A DNA stretch of 64,000 bases from assembly GCA_964016885.1 (NCBI GenBank), contig OZ024740.1:183396001-183460000 (forward strand), given 5' to 3'. The notes under the pieces are model-generated. The model did no database searches, was not told the origin of the DNA, and saw only the letters and a program-made list of their open reading frames with translations. Every line of letters begins with the position of its first letter. Position 1 is the first letter of the stretch. Shown piece after piece: positions 51,411 through 64,000 of this stretch. The position numbers were made by a program, and so were the translations under genes. This stretch comes from Eledone cirrhosa (taxonomy: Eukaryota).

Positions 51411-54400
51411 CCATTGACCTAGCAAATAGAAGTTAAGGCAAATGGAAAATAGCTTACATGAGGAATATTTAATATATTCTGTAATCTTGCTTTTAGATTT
51501 TAGTTTAGAATAATAAAAACCCTCAAGCAATTATTTAAGCAATTGTAGAACAAAAAATAATGTATAGAACAAAACTAATGAGTTTAATACTTAATGCCAT
51601 CTTAAAGAGATGTAATAATATACAATGAAACAAATAAATTTTGGATTTATTATTGAGGAAATTATTTAAAATAATATCAATAATTAAAATCAACATGTCT
51701 GTAAATTACGATATAGGTTAATAATTATATTTGAATGGTAATAATAACAACAACAATAACAATTTCATTATATTTTGATATTCTCTTTGTTTGATAATAT
51801 CTATTTGCTGATCTGTTTAAATATGTTAGTTTTATAGAGTTATTGTTGATAGATATATATCAACCAGTATCTATATATCTGTGTTCACTTTCTCATGTCA
51901 AGAGAAAGTGAGCGTCAGAGAAAAGCAGAGAAAAGAGAGCAATAGAGAATATGAAAGAGACAGGGGTGTTAATGTAATCTTCTAAAGATTTATATGATTA
52001 AGTTTATATGGTAAAGTTATACAATTATATGAAGAACAGACCGTTTCTTACAGCATATCTTTTTCAGCGATATCATTCTCACCTCTACCTCTTTCTAATG
52101 CACATGTTTTGACACACATCATACTTTCATTCACCGACACCTATTCAATACTTTCTTTTGATCTGTCTTTAAGTGTGTAAGGGTGTCTATGTCATTATTC
52201 ACACGTATCTATAATTCTACTTAGCAAAAGCAAATGCATATGATCAAACTCATTGTTAAACACTTGAAACTACTTTCAAACATCAAATAAACAAAGTATT
52301 GAAAACCTGTCTCAAATGATGGCTATCCATGAATGGGAAAACAAGAAAAGTCATGTAAAGATTAAGAATTCTGTCTGTTGTGTAAACGTACAACAGACAG
52401 TAAATTATGTTTAGATTATGAGAATTTTGCATATTTAAGAACAAGTCAGTTAATTGATGGGAAAATATGTCCATTCTATCAAAGAATTGGGTTATTCATG
52501 TATTCTTGTAATTGGTAAGGTTGTAAAGAAATTTATCAATGATCAATAAAAAGAAAAGATGAGATAATTCAAGCTAAAGTTCAATGTTTTAATAATATTC
52601 TATTTCGCAGTTGCTGTTTCATTCCAAGATAGCCCTGACTAGAGAGACCTATGACCAAATATGTTCAAGCTTTAATAATCCATATTTTATTTCAGTAATG
52701 TCCATGCAGAATGGCAATATCTAATATAGCCTTCTTCTTTTAAGATGGTAGAGTGGGGTTTCAGGGAGATTTGACTGCTACTAATAGAAAATTAAATGAT
52801 CATATGAATATTTCTTCACTGGTTTGTCCATGCTGCAGTTAAACTTCTTGATGAAATCTACTTCATGAAACTTAAGAAAATTTGTATTCAAAGATTTAAG
52901 AAAAAAAGTTTATACGTTTACTTTTTCTTGTGTATTAAAAGAATTTAAGCATGAATATTAATTATAAAACTATTTCTATATGAGCATAATGTCAAGCTTT
53001 CAACTGTTGTATGAATAAGAATTAAGTGTAAACTTTTAGGGAACTATTACCTTTGTAAACCACAAATGGCTTCTCTTTTATTGTGAAAGGGGAATTTTAT
53101 AATGCTTGTGTATGGGAGCAAAACATGGGAATTAAATACGATGGATGTGTGAAGCATGCTTTGGTGGATGAGTCATGTTAGCAAGTAAGAATGGCAAAGC
53201 AATGGTGAGCTTAGAGAAAAAATATAAAGTAAAGGATTCATCTCTTGTATGCAAGACAGTAAATTGCACTGGTACAGGTATGTGATGTATTTGATGAATG
53301 ACAGGTGGAAAGAGCTGGTGTAATAGGAAGACTAAGGAAGACAAAGAAGAAGTTGTGACAGCTAAACTCTGAATGCTGCTTCTCATAAACGAGATGACAA
53401 GGAATTGCAAACGTGAGAAACTACATGTGAAATGATGATGCTAATGTCAATAAAGAGGCAAATATCAATTCAATTGACTAGACTGCTACCATTCCCCCTA
53501 ATAATAAATAAGTAACTAAATAACCTCTGGTAGTCCCTCAAGCAGCTAGAAATAGCAACTAAATCTCCTTATATAAAGAATGACAAGTTGGATATTATGT
53601 TTCACTGTGAACTATGTCTATGAAAGATATGTGATGGTCACAGCTGGAATGATTTTGATCATAAATCTCCTCAATCAGGGATAAAGTGGAGCTAAAGAAC
53701 AATATAATATTAGTTTGAAGCTTGTGCCAAATTTGGAAGCCATTATTTTATCAAAATAGATAACATTTGAGTAGTTTTTCATTTCTTTGAAATATAATTT
53801 TACTTGAAAAAGCAAATAAATGTGAGGATTCCATATGATTTATTACTGAGATCACATGCTTGAATTCCACTACCATGATATATATATATTGTAACATGGT
53901 AAGTGAAAGCCATTACGTTGAATATTTATAAGACAAACTTGTACACGGCTTCATAATAGAAATGTCACAAGTTTCAATAATAGAGGGCTATGGTTAGGAA
54001 CAGTGTAGACAACGTGTATTTGACAGAAACAGTGTGAAGATATATTAGTGTTACACCATAAACAGATACACAGTTACTAAATTCTGATTCTTTATTCATG
54101 CTTTCATTATTTAATACTTAGTAGCCACCTGGTTCTTGAGGAAAATGTGATGTTAGTTGATAATAAATGGTTAGATGACAACATATTATTACCTCATGTG
54201 AGAATGTTGTGAACAAATCTAATTATTTCTCAGTATTATATGTGTTATTGGAATTGATTTTAGGTCATTTACAAATGGCTTTCTACTCTGTGAAGCTGCC
54301 AGCCTGAAATTCTACTGCAAAGAAAAATTTGATATTTTATTTCTTAGAAAAAATGGATAATATAGCAATATTTTCTCCAGTAGAAATCTAGTGAAGACAG

Positions 54401-55019
54401 CATCAGAATCAGGATTCAGTGGTAGATAGGATGAATATTTCTAGCTGTTCTCTGATAAATTTCGACCTCTAGTGTTGGAAACATGTGGTATTCTGGGCCC
54501 ATGTACAACCTTCTTACACAGGTGAGTGGAGTTAGAACCAACAATGCATAAGGGTAACACATTCACTATTTTGTTTGCCAGCTTGCAGGTGTGAGGCCCA
54601 CAAGGAGGAGTGGCTGCTCCAGTGCACCTTCTTCACCATCCTCCAGGGCAATGTCTTTTGATGACCAGGACCATGTGGCAGACTAATCCTTAAGTTTCAT
54701 TTATGGTGGTGGCATGTGGATCGAATTTATTTCCCTAAGCAGGATTAGTAAGAAAGTATCTCTCTTCCCCTCCCTCACTACATACATAACTTATCCTCTA
54801 CTCCATCTCCTGGTATATGTAACCTACTCTCTTCCACTCTTAATATATGTAACTTTTACTACACAAAATATTTGCATGATTGCTGTGATTCCATAACATT
54901 CTTTGCATTGTTTATAAGAAAAATTCTCTAAAGCTGAAAAAAAAATCATTGACTGATAAATTATGGAATGAAATACAAGGGTAATTGTAATATATGTACT
55001 GGATGTGCTGTATATGTAC

Positions 55020-55581
55020 TACTTGTGCTTGGAAATATTGAAGTCTAAAGTCTGTCTCAAGTGCAGAGGCTCAACAGGCCAGTGCTTAACCTGGTTTTCA
55101 TGGCATGAAGTGTCTGAGAGTACCAGACTGGCTGCTGGACCAGATGCCAGTCCATTGCAGGGATAAGCCCTCATATATTGCTGGTACACATTTTCTGAGA
55201 TTACTGAAGTAATGTGAAATGAAGTGTTTGGCTCAAGAACACAACACATGACAGTGCAGGAATCGAACCCATAACATTATGATCATCATCATCATCACTC
55301 ATCGACTACTGTCGAGATGATGGATCTCACTCTCATGCCCCAGAATCCCCTGTCCCCCATCGCTGCCCCCAGGTCCTGTCTGCTGATTCCCGTATGCCTA
55401 GTCAGGCTGGAGTCAGGGTTCCAGAGCAAGAGAGCGGATATGATTTCATTGCTGGCACGGTGACAGTGGCCAGCAAATTGAGCTCTCCGGGATTTTAGAA
55501 GGGCAGAGGCTCGAGGGAGTTTGCCATAGATTTTAGACAAGGTGATCATAATTGCACCATATTTACCACGAGGCCATATGC
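55020..55581 (-). mobile_element. CORE-like SINE interrupted by an RTE 3' fragment (55286-55545)
   Basis: tRNA-like head is split: tggcctcgtggtaa (about 55563-55576) and gggttcgattcc (55259-55270); the insert encodes IYGKLPRAS..RRAQFAGHCHR..LLLW and has a (GAT)n tail; TGATCAT occurs at both junctions. Confidence 0.7.
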
Positions 55582-57088
55582 CTCCAATATTTAACTGCCC
55601 TATCTAATCTAAGATTCCTCTGTTTGATTCACAACCACTTAACAGAGTGTACTGGGAGCAATTTATCAAGGCACCAACACTAATGAGGATTACCTTGTCG
55701 CTTGAAAGGCTGAAGAAATCTCTCCACTCTATATCATCTCTGTTTTTTCAAGGAAATGTGTCTGGGAGTTAGATTATAAAAGAAAAGAGAGTATTTATAA
55801 GGCAGTGTATAGGAAACCAGTGTATATTAGGAGTGTGTTAGTAACAATAGCAGATATATGCTATTGTTTTGTGGGAGTGTCTTTGTAAAGTCATGAATTT
55901 TAGAAAGAATGTACTTTCAAATGCTATACATGGTGGGGAAGCATAATTATCAACATTGTCAAAGGAAACTTGACATGATGTTTGTGTGTGTTTTATCTTA
56001 TCATGTAAAAAAGGGTATTCATCTGTAAAGATTATGAAAAATATGAAACATACTTGTGAGGCATAGTCCCTCAACGTCAGCCTAGAAGGGAGTCAATTTG
56101 AATAAAAACTAAGTCGGTAGTGACCTGCCCAACTCATAGCAGCAAGGAAAGTATAGCAGATGATGACGAAGATGATGATGACGATGATGATGATGGTGGG
56201 GATAAATATAACCCTGGATATATGTTAAAAGAGGGGATGATTAAGACTGGAACATTTATGATTATAGATTTTCTCAGTCAGGGTGGAGCTGAAAATAATC
56301 AACAAGAACAACAGTAAGAAAAATCATTTGATCACTCAAGCTATTTTTTCTAGAATATTTCTGTAAATTTGGATATTTTTGACAGATTTTAAAGAAATTA
56401 ATCAATTTGGTTTTGATCTTTATGAAGTATAATATTTATAGCAGTATCAACTGTAGTTAAAATTACATATATATATAAATATATATATATATATGATGCT
56501 ATACACATACATTTATATATAATCTGTGTGTGTTTTCATATATATGTAGGCATATATGTTTATGTGCATGAGTGTTTGTCTGCATGCGTATGTACAACGT
56601 TTTTTTTCCCATTGACGTGTATATATGTACGTATGTATGTATATATATGTATGCATATATGATAAGTCTGAATATAGTTGATGGATTTTTTAATGAAGTC
56701 CAAATATATTTTAATGAAAGTTTTTGATCCATATCAAAGTTCTTTAGATGAGAATTCTTTTTTCTAAATTACAATATTTATGAATAAGTTATTTATATAT
56801 GTATTTCCAAATAACAGGTAATGTATAATGAAACATGACTGTTTTTAATAATACATTCATTATTTTTCCAAAGTTTGGAAAGAAATCTTTATTATTTTTT
56901 TAAATTTTAATTAAGTTTCTAAGCTCCTTAAATATTCATCAAGTCTAGTGAATCTAAAATTACTAATTTCATAATTTCATAAAACTCAGTTAATGATCTA
57001 TAGGTCATGTTATGAAGCTGGAAAAAGTGGAAAACAACTTTAGATTTTCATGACAGTGCAATAATTTCTGCTTCTTCAGTTAAATTGA

Positions 57089-57132
<44 letters not shown>

Positions 57133-57138
57133 TACATG

Positions 57139-57170
<32 letters not shown>

Positions 57171-57220
57171 AAATAGTGTTAAATAAAAAGTCAAATGTTT
57201 AAAATTTAGCTTCGCTTATT

Positions 57221-57275
57221 ACTGCTATATATATTTCAGTGACAGCCATCTTTTGCTGTGACCTCTTCAGGCAGT
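57221..57275 (-). ncRNA. Minimal type-I hammerhead ribozyme motif (inverted partner)
   Basis: actgc-CTGAAGA-ggtcacagcaaaagatggctgtcact-GAAA-tatata-TA-gcagt. Confidence 0.8.
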
Positions 57276-57400
57276 TTGAATTAGTATGGTATAGACAAGT
57301 ACATATGTTGTTGAGGTGTATAATATTGTCAATACTCTGATATGCCCAGTTCCTGGTTGGGTTGTTATTTCACTGAGGAACTGGAATCATACTAATTCAA

Positions 57401-57455
57401 ACTGCCTGAAGAGGTCACAGCCAAAGATGGTTGTCACTGAAATATATATAGCAGT
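57401..57455 (+). ncRNA. Minimal type-I hammerhead ribozyme motif
   Basis: actgc-CTGAAGA-ggtcacagcca(aaga)tggttgtcact-GAAA-tatata-TA-gcagt. Confidence 0.8.
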
Positions 57456-57602
57456 AATAAACGAAGCTAAATTTTAAACATTTGACTTTTTATTTAACTT
57501 TATTTTACATTACTCCGGAGTAACCAAACCAACCTGCGCACTTCGTCGAGTGCTCCAGCCTGCATACTGAGGTGTTGGTATACAACCAACATAAACTCAC
57601 AA

Positions 57603-57649
<47 letters not shown>

Positions 57650-58544
57650 TTATGTCATGTATAGTCAGTTTAGTTTGAATGTATATTCATAAGAAAAAGT
57701 TAATGATTCTGAGATATTCTTGTTTCTAGGTTAGATGTAAACCCCCTATATATGAGTAACATCCTTAGACAATTCATTATTACTGTTGTTGTTGTTTAAC
57801 ACTTAGCATCCTGTACCACTTGAGACCACATTACCAAGACATTCTTAAAAAGTATAAACTAGCATTGTGTGCATCATAGTAAAACTGAAAGTATTTACTT
57901 TCATGGGGCAGATAACTTATCTCAGTCTGAGGAGTAAGTAGATCAAAGAGACCTCAATTTGTTCATATATTCCATATATTGTATGGTGTCTATGGCTGGA
58001 TGGGCTTCCTAATGAATGCTAACCACATTATATTTAAGAAAACATTTCTTGTTAGTTCATAGAAAAGTTGTTGGAGCATTTGAACAAGTTTTACACTATA
58101 GTTAGGAAGGAATCTATTGAGAAAATTCCAGACATTATTTGCTTACCAAGTTGGGTGGAACTCATCAAATTGGATCAAGGAAACAATATTTCTGTGCTCA
58201 TTTCATCGCTGATACTATCTTCCTGTTACAACTTATGGCAGAAAGACCAACATGAAATAAAGTGTCTTGCTCAAGTACATAATGCATCGCCAGGTCTGTT
58301 AATCAAACTCACAACCTCACAATTGTGAATCCAATTCTCTAACCATTAAACAACAATGCTGTATACAAGTTATCTTAAAATAACATGGATCATACAAGAA
58401 ATGAAAATTTCAAACATTCAGAAATCATAGGGATTGTGTAATTTGAGGAGAACACCTACATTATAAACTAGAACTAGTTTCAAAATAACAGATAAAAATA
58501 GAATTCTAGAAGCCGGCATTTTAAATACATTAAATATATATATG

Positions 58545-58875
58545 CAGTGAATTGGCAGTGTCATTAGAACGTTGGAGAGAATACTTCATAGCATTTATTC
58601 CGGCTCTCTCTCTCTGAGTTCAAGTCCCACTGAGGTCAAATTTGCCTTTCATACTTTCGAGGGCGACAAAAAGTACCAGTCTAGTACTTGGGTGGAATCT
58701 TCCTCTATATCATTTCCTCTCTCTCACTTTCTATCTTTCTCTGGGAGAAATCTGCCTTACTCAAGCATGGAGAGAGATTGGCTCCAGCAGGTTTAAAATA
58801 CCCAAAAAATGCTGTATTTCAATATGGTGCCCCTACGACTCTATCAAGTGTTACAGGACCATACATACATACATA
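58545..58875 (+). mobile_element. Degraded SINE (Meta-domain-like) with extended 3' segment and (CATA)n tail
   Basis: ctgagttcaagtcccactgaggtcaaatttgcctttcat..cgacaaaaagtaccagt; colinear with 15577-15920. Confidence 0.65.
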
Positions 58876-58893
58876 CACACACACACGCACACG

Positions 58894-58974
<81 letters not shown>

Positions 58975-60316
58975 CTTTGATACGTTTCAGCCCAGGCCAT
59001 TTCTAACTTAATAGCATCACCATACCTGGTGATGTCTTTCAGATTATAGGTTGACAACCTAGTCATATTTGGACACTGTCACCCTCTCAAGTAAGGAGTT
59101 GTTGTTTTCGGAGACATACACGGGTGTAGCGGGTTTAACTGGGATTTTTTGGGGGAATTTGTTCAGGAGACTTTTAATAATTATAAGTTCTGTTTGATGA
59201 TTTGCTGTATATATGTATGTATGTACATATGTAAGTATGGTATGTATGTATGTTGCTCCCATTTGTTTATATATGTATTAAGCATTAAATTACATGCAGT
59301 ACAAACATAAAAGTGGTAAATAAATGATTATATAAAATTATATAATTATGAATACAGTTATGTATGTAAATTATTGTGCAATTATGTGTGTGTGTACACA
59401 TACACCCATACACATAGAATACATTTCATGGTTGTTTCTTTTAACAAAATGTGCAAAATTATTTAAATGAATGTTTTTGATCCATATCAAAGTACTTTAA
59501 TTGAAAAGTATTTTTAGTTGTTATAAATTATAGTTTTAATAAATAATTTATTTATATATGTATTTCCAAATAACAGGTAATGTATAATGAAACATGTTAG
59601 TAATACATTCATTATTATTTCCAATCTTTGGAAGAAAATCTATATTATTTAAAAAAATTTTAATTAAGCATCTAAGTTCCTTAAATATTCATCAAGTGCA
59701 CTGAATTTAAAATTACTAATTAGTTTATTATAAATAACTTTTGGTTAATGATCTATAGATCAAATTGTGAAACTGCAAATCGAAAAAGAATATATAAGAT
59801 TTTCAAAATAATACTTTTCGAGGAAAGTGTATTTTTTTCTGCTTCTGTAGTTAAATTGATTCTCTAGCATAAATTAATGAAAGAAATTCCTTGCATATTC
59901 AAAAATTAGCTATTTTACTAGAATGAAATTAATTAAAATACAGTTATGTTACTGGATAACATTTTGTTATCAATTTTCTTTTTGTTATGCTTGCAAAGTA
60001 AGATTTAGAAAGAACTTAGGTCTGTTTTAAGAGTTTTAGAGTAATATTATACTATTGCACTTATGGCTCACACTTAGATAGATTTAGTTGGCTTTATATG
60101 AGTTTGGTTCTTGGGTATCTTAATGCTAGGGCTCTAGGCTTGCCATAAATGATACATGTCTGTTTCAGAATCAGTAATGAAACATTGAACTGTCTATTTA
60201 GCTGAGTTGTTAATGTGTCATACAGGACGATTTGTAGAGTTAGTTTCAGCTATATGTTCTTTGAGTTCAAATCGTGTGAAGGTCAACTTTGCTTTTCCTC
60301 CTTCCAGTGATAATAA

Positions 60317-60502
60317 ATAATTGTTTCTACTTTTTGGCACAAGGCCAGCAATTACCCAGTACATTACTTGTACTTTATTTTATCGACCCCGTAAGGATGA
60401 AAGGCAAAGTTGACCTCGGCGGGATTTGAACTCAGAATGGAAAGGGCCGTAACTCTATGCGTCAAAGCATGACGTCCGACCCTCTACCGATACTGCCAAT
60501 CC
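60317..60502 (-). mobile_element. Young SINE nested in an older SINE, with target-site duplication
   Basis: Same family as 33716-33907; ccagtgataataaataat at 60304-60321 and 60504-60521. Confidence 0.85.
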
Positions 60503-61489
60503 CCCAGTGATAATAAATAATGTACTACTCATATGTTTCTGTTGATCCTTCTCTCTCTTGGAATTGGTTACATCATGCAATGATAATTGTTATGGGGCAA
60601 TGCTCCAAAGAGTCACTTTTTTTCCAGAAACTGAGAAATATTGGCCAAGGTGTTAGCAATGTCTTCAGATGAAAAGCCTGAGCCTCAGTGACTATACTCC
60701 ATCACTGTGATAGGATGGAAGTATTTGCATTAGCAGAAAGAGATAGAGTGAATAATCTCCCTCATCTCTTTCACAGCGAAGTTGATTTTGAGAGAGAAAT
60801 AAAGAGAGAGAAAAGGAGACTGAGGTGGAAACAGAGAGTAAGAGAAAATGTTCAATGCCATGTGATTGATAATTTAGTTCATCAACCCTAGAAAGAGGAA
60901 AGGCAAAGCTGGCCTTGGCAGATTTTGATTCCGAATTGCTAGGAGGGTGGGTGAGAAAGAAGGTATATAGGAGGAAAAATAAGAATGAGATGTAAGGAGA
61001 AAGGTACCAAGGGAACAAGGGTTGCAGAGCTTTTATTCACAGTGTGAAATAAAAGAATACAGACAGAGCACTAAATATTGAAAGGCATTTATTCTGGTAA
61101 ACTAGGTGCATGAGCTTCAGCATTCAGTAATCAGAAAAATGGAAGTGGGTGTAAAAGCTAAACTCACTATTTGTGAAAATCCTTACCTATTGTCATGGAT
61201 CTTGAATAATGACTGAAAGAATGTGATCATGAATAAAAACAGCTAAAATGGGGTACCCCTGAAGGGTCATTGGAGTATTGTTACTCAATAGAGTATGTAG
61301 CTTAGAGATCAGCGAGTTGATTCAGCTAATGTCACTACTTCTCCAAATTGAGAGATCACAGCTCCAATTCTACAGACATGTGTTTAGAATGTCTAAAGAA
61401 ATAATTGGGTAAACTATCTGGCAGGAGACTCAAGGGTAGCCCTTGAGCAAGATAGTTGAAATAATGTCAATGAGCTTGGCTGGTCATAC

Positions 61490-61616
61490 TTGGGGGTCCA
61501 GCCGGAGCAGTTGGAGATGGTTGCTTCTCACAAGACCTGATGAAAGGAGTGTTTGAGGACTCTTCCCCCATGACTCTCTCAGGAAGAAGAAGAAGAAGAA
61601 GAAGAAGAAGAAGAAT
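61490..61616 (+). mobile_element. RTE-like 3' tip with (GAA)n tail
   Basis: LGVQPEQLEMVA..LRTLPP followed by (GAA)n. Confidence 0.5.
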
Positions 61617-62231
61617 CTAGTAGTGTCAAGTTAACTGACTGTGCACTTCACCCAAAATTGTGACAGCACCAATATTATAAATCAATTTACTGGTTCAATC
61701 AACTTTGCCACTCAACCACCTTGCCAATAGCATACTGCAAGTAATTTGAATGCCATTAACGCAATATTTCTGTACATGTTGTACAATTTATTCCAATCCA
61801 TTAATTGTAACATTAACAGTAAATTTATCCTTAAGAAAATTAATAATACAAGAATGCACTTTTCTAAATTTTATTTATATTTTAATCAGTTTTGTGTTAT
61901 CACAAGTATCTATAACAACTGGATTTCCCAAATGACATTTTATTAATTATATTAAGGTAACGGTAGCACAAACAATAGTGCAATGAGTTGAATAGTTTAT
62001 GGTATTTAAGTATATTCTGAATTTAAATTCTGGTGGGGCTAACTTTTACAGCATCGATAAAATAGCTACCAGCTAAACAGTGGGATTGATTTAATGGACT
62101 ACACCTCACTCACAAATTTTGTTGAATGTTGCCTGCATTTAAAATCCTTAATTAATTAATTAATTAGGTATGGTAGTTGATAGTTCTTTTTCTCAATGAG
62201 GCCAGAGTCATCCTAAGCCAGCAATCCCAAA

Positions 62232-62425
62232 CCATCATCATGCATAGTGTCGACAAGATCCACCAGTGCTCTCCATCACTGGCAGTCCCATACCAGCTTC
62301 TCTGCATCCTCTAAGGTGATGTTGATCTGCCAAAGATCTTTCCTGATGATATCCAGCCATCTGAGGTGGGGCCTGCCGTACGGCTTCTTCCAACCTGCAG
62401 CCTCTGCATCGAATGGGAGCTGATA
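62232..62425 (-). mobile_element. RTE-like 3' fragment
   Basis: GWKKPYGRPHLRWLDIIRKDL..WRALV. Confidence 0.7.
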
Positions 62426-63429
62426 GTAGAAAATGATGGATTATGATATTGAGTTATGTCCCTTTACATTTTGTATTCAAATTCTACCGATGTCAATACT
62501 GCCTTTATATCTTCCTATGCCAATGAAATAATTACCAGTAATAAAGCAGTCTTAGGTGAATAATCTTAAGGTTAAAGATAGTGTGAAAGATAACTCAACA
62601 ATGTGATACATGGACATTGAGAGAATGAGGGTTAGAGGAAGAGTGGTGGTGGAAGTGGGAGGGATGGGGGAGAAGTAGGGATGAGAGGAGTATAAAGTGG
62701 GTATCTTTACCATATTCTAAAATAGAGTCACCTGTTAATAATAGTTAGTTATTTTAAAGCCTAGAGATGCATCAGAAGTTTATTTCAATTTCATGTGATG
62801 TTAAGCATCAATGAATAAAGGTATTCCATATCCCTGTGACGGAGACACCAGTCTGTTACAAGGTTAATCTCTATCAGCTGCCAGTACTCTTTTTTTCAAT
62901 GTGAAATGAACTGCTTTGCTCAAAGACAAACTGCTATCTTGACTGAATTGAACCTATAACCTCATGATCATGAGCCCAACAACTTATCCACTAGGCAACA
63001 TGCCTTTACATGAAGCTTAATATCCAAGTTATTAAGTATGGATGAAAGTCTCTCAAAAGATTATCGAAAGATTTAGAAATCACAGGTATCAATATCGTTT
63101 TCTATTTAGTTTTTGAAGGCTGAATACCATTGTTGAATAGTATAGAGAATGAAAATTGAGTAATCCTTTCATCAATCTGTTTGACTCTAACCAAATTCCA
63201 TGGTTGACAAGTATCAAACTGAAAACTGTTGTGTTCTTGTCTATTATAGGCGTTGAATAAAGCTATTGCATAAAGCATTAGATAAAGCCATGCATACAAA
63301 CATTGTACAAAGCAATTCTTCACATTTCCCTTTCATAGACATCTACTTTGATTTAATTACATTGAGATATTTGTTGAAAAGTCTTCTAAGAATTCATGCA
63401 TTATCTTTATCATTATACTTTCCTAATGC

Positions 63430-63431
<2 letters not shown>

Positions 63432-63460
<29 letters not shown>

Positions 63461-64000
63461 TCAAAAATATTTCACAGTTGTAGATCTTGATAACTGGTAA
63501 TAGTACCTACTGGCATGTTTTTTCACATGAGCCAAGAAGACATTGAAACCTTTTCTAACCATCACTAGACACTTTCTTATGATGTTTGCTGTTCCCAATA
63601 AGGCAGTTTGCTGTAGCATATTTAAATTGAACTTAATATGTAGCTGATGAAGGTATTTAGAGTTGTAGGGATCAATCCCAGAGCACCTATGATAATTGAA
63701 TAGTTGTATCTTATTTGTTCCACATTCTGGCTACATCTACTTTTAGATCTGAGTAATTTACTTGCTTCTCTGTTCTCTTTTCCTCTAAGAAGTGATCATC
63801 TTCACAATACATGTCTATAATCCAATTGTCATTATCCTTCTCAATCACAACAATATCAGGTCTCTAATGGTCTAGTTGTCTGTCACACTGTATTCAGGAA
63901 TCCCACAGTAACTTTGCTCTCTCATTTACCATTATAGATTCTGGGTGGTGCTGGTTACATTTTTTTAGACACTGTAATCCCGTACTGCTTGCAGATTAAC
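63432..64000 (-). mobile_element. R4/Dong-clade non-LTR retrotransposon 3' end (RLE domain), degraded
   Basis: LWD..IQCDR..RPDIVVIEK..IID; IIIGALGLIP; LQQTALLGTANIIRKCL; terminates in (TAA)n at 63432-63459. Confidence 0.8.

Larger units (their letters stand above)
57170..57506. repeat. Foldback element (arms about 119 bp: 57170-57288 and 57388-57506) between (TA)n tracts
   Basis: Arms are near-perfect reverse complements of each other. Confidence 0.9.
56711..59860. repeat. Diverged duplication of about 380-400 bp (56711-57089 and 59463-59860)
   Basis: Shared blocks: tttttgatccatatcaaagt, tatttatatatgtatttccaaataacaggtaatgtataatgaaacatg, ccttaaatattcatcaagt, gttaatgatctatag, ttctgcttct..agttaaattgat. 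Confidence 0.85.

Noticed and set aside
56815-56823. Plus-strand cag|gtaatg as a splice donor in the duplicated unit
   Set aside because: No matching plus-strand acceptor or conserved frame; the minus-strand exon reading explains the conservation better
63102-63323. 73-aa minus-strand ORF as a host exon
   Set aside because: No recognisable homology or convincing splice sites
63645-63690. CTGATGA as a hammerhead core (also 61546, 46843, 31922, 38238)
   Set aside because: No stem II plus GAAA plus stem I arrangement; all lie within retroelement coding remnants

Overview
AT-rich, microsatellite-laden eukaryotic DNA. The SINE families, RTE tails and (TA)n/(CA)n/(GAT)n composition look most like an octopod cephalopod genome (inference). 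There is no complete host gene; the window reads as intergenic or intronic sequence dominated by transposable elements. These include two long RTE-clade LINEs (29.2-32.7 kb and 45.3-48.4 kb, both minus strand) and many RTE 3' fragments, single fragments of Tx1/L1, CRE, RTE-X and R4/Dong LINEs, Penelope-like elements (PLEs), a Helitron remnant, MITEs and two tRNA-derived SINE families. Three observations stand out. (1) Minimal type-I hammerhead ribozyme motifs recur inside inverted-repeat or foldback elements beside (TA)n tracts, one family tied directly to the inverted termini of a PLE. (2) A PHD-type C4HC3 zinc finger is inserted inside the RTE reverse-transcriptase region. (3) A tandemly duplicated minus-strand candidate terminal exon shows a synonymous-substitution signal. 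All coordinates were read by eye, and boundaries of degraded elements are approximate.
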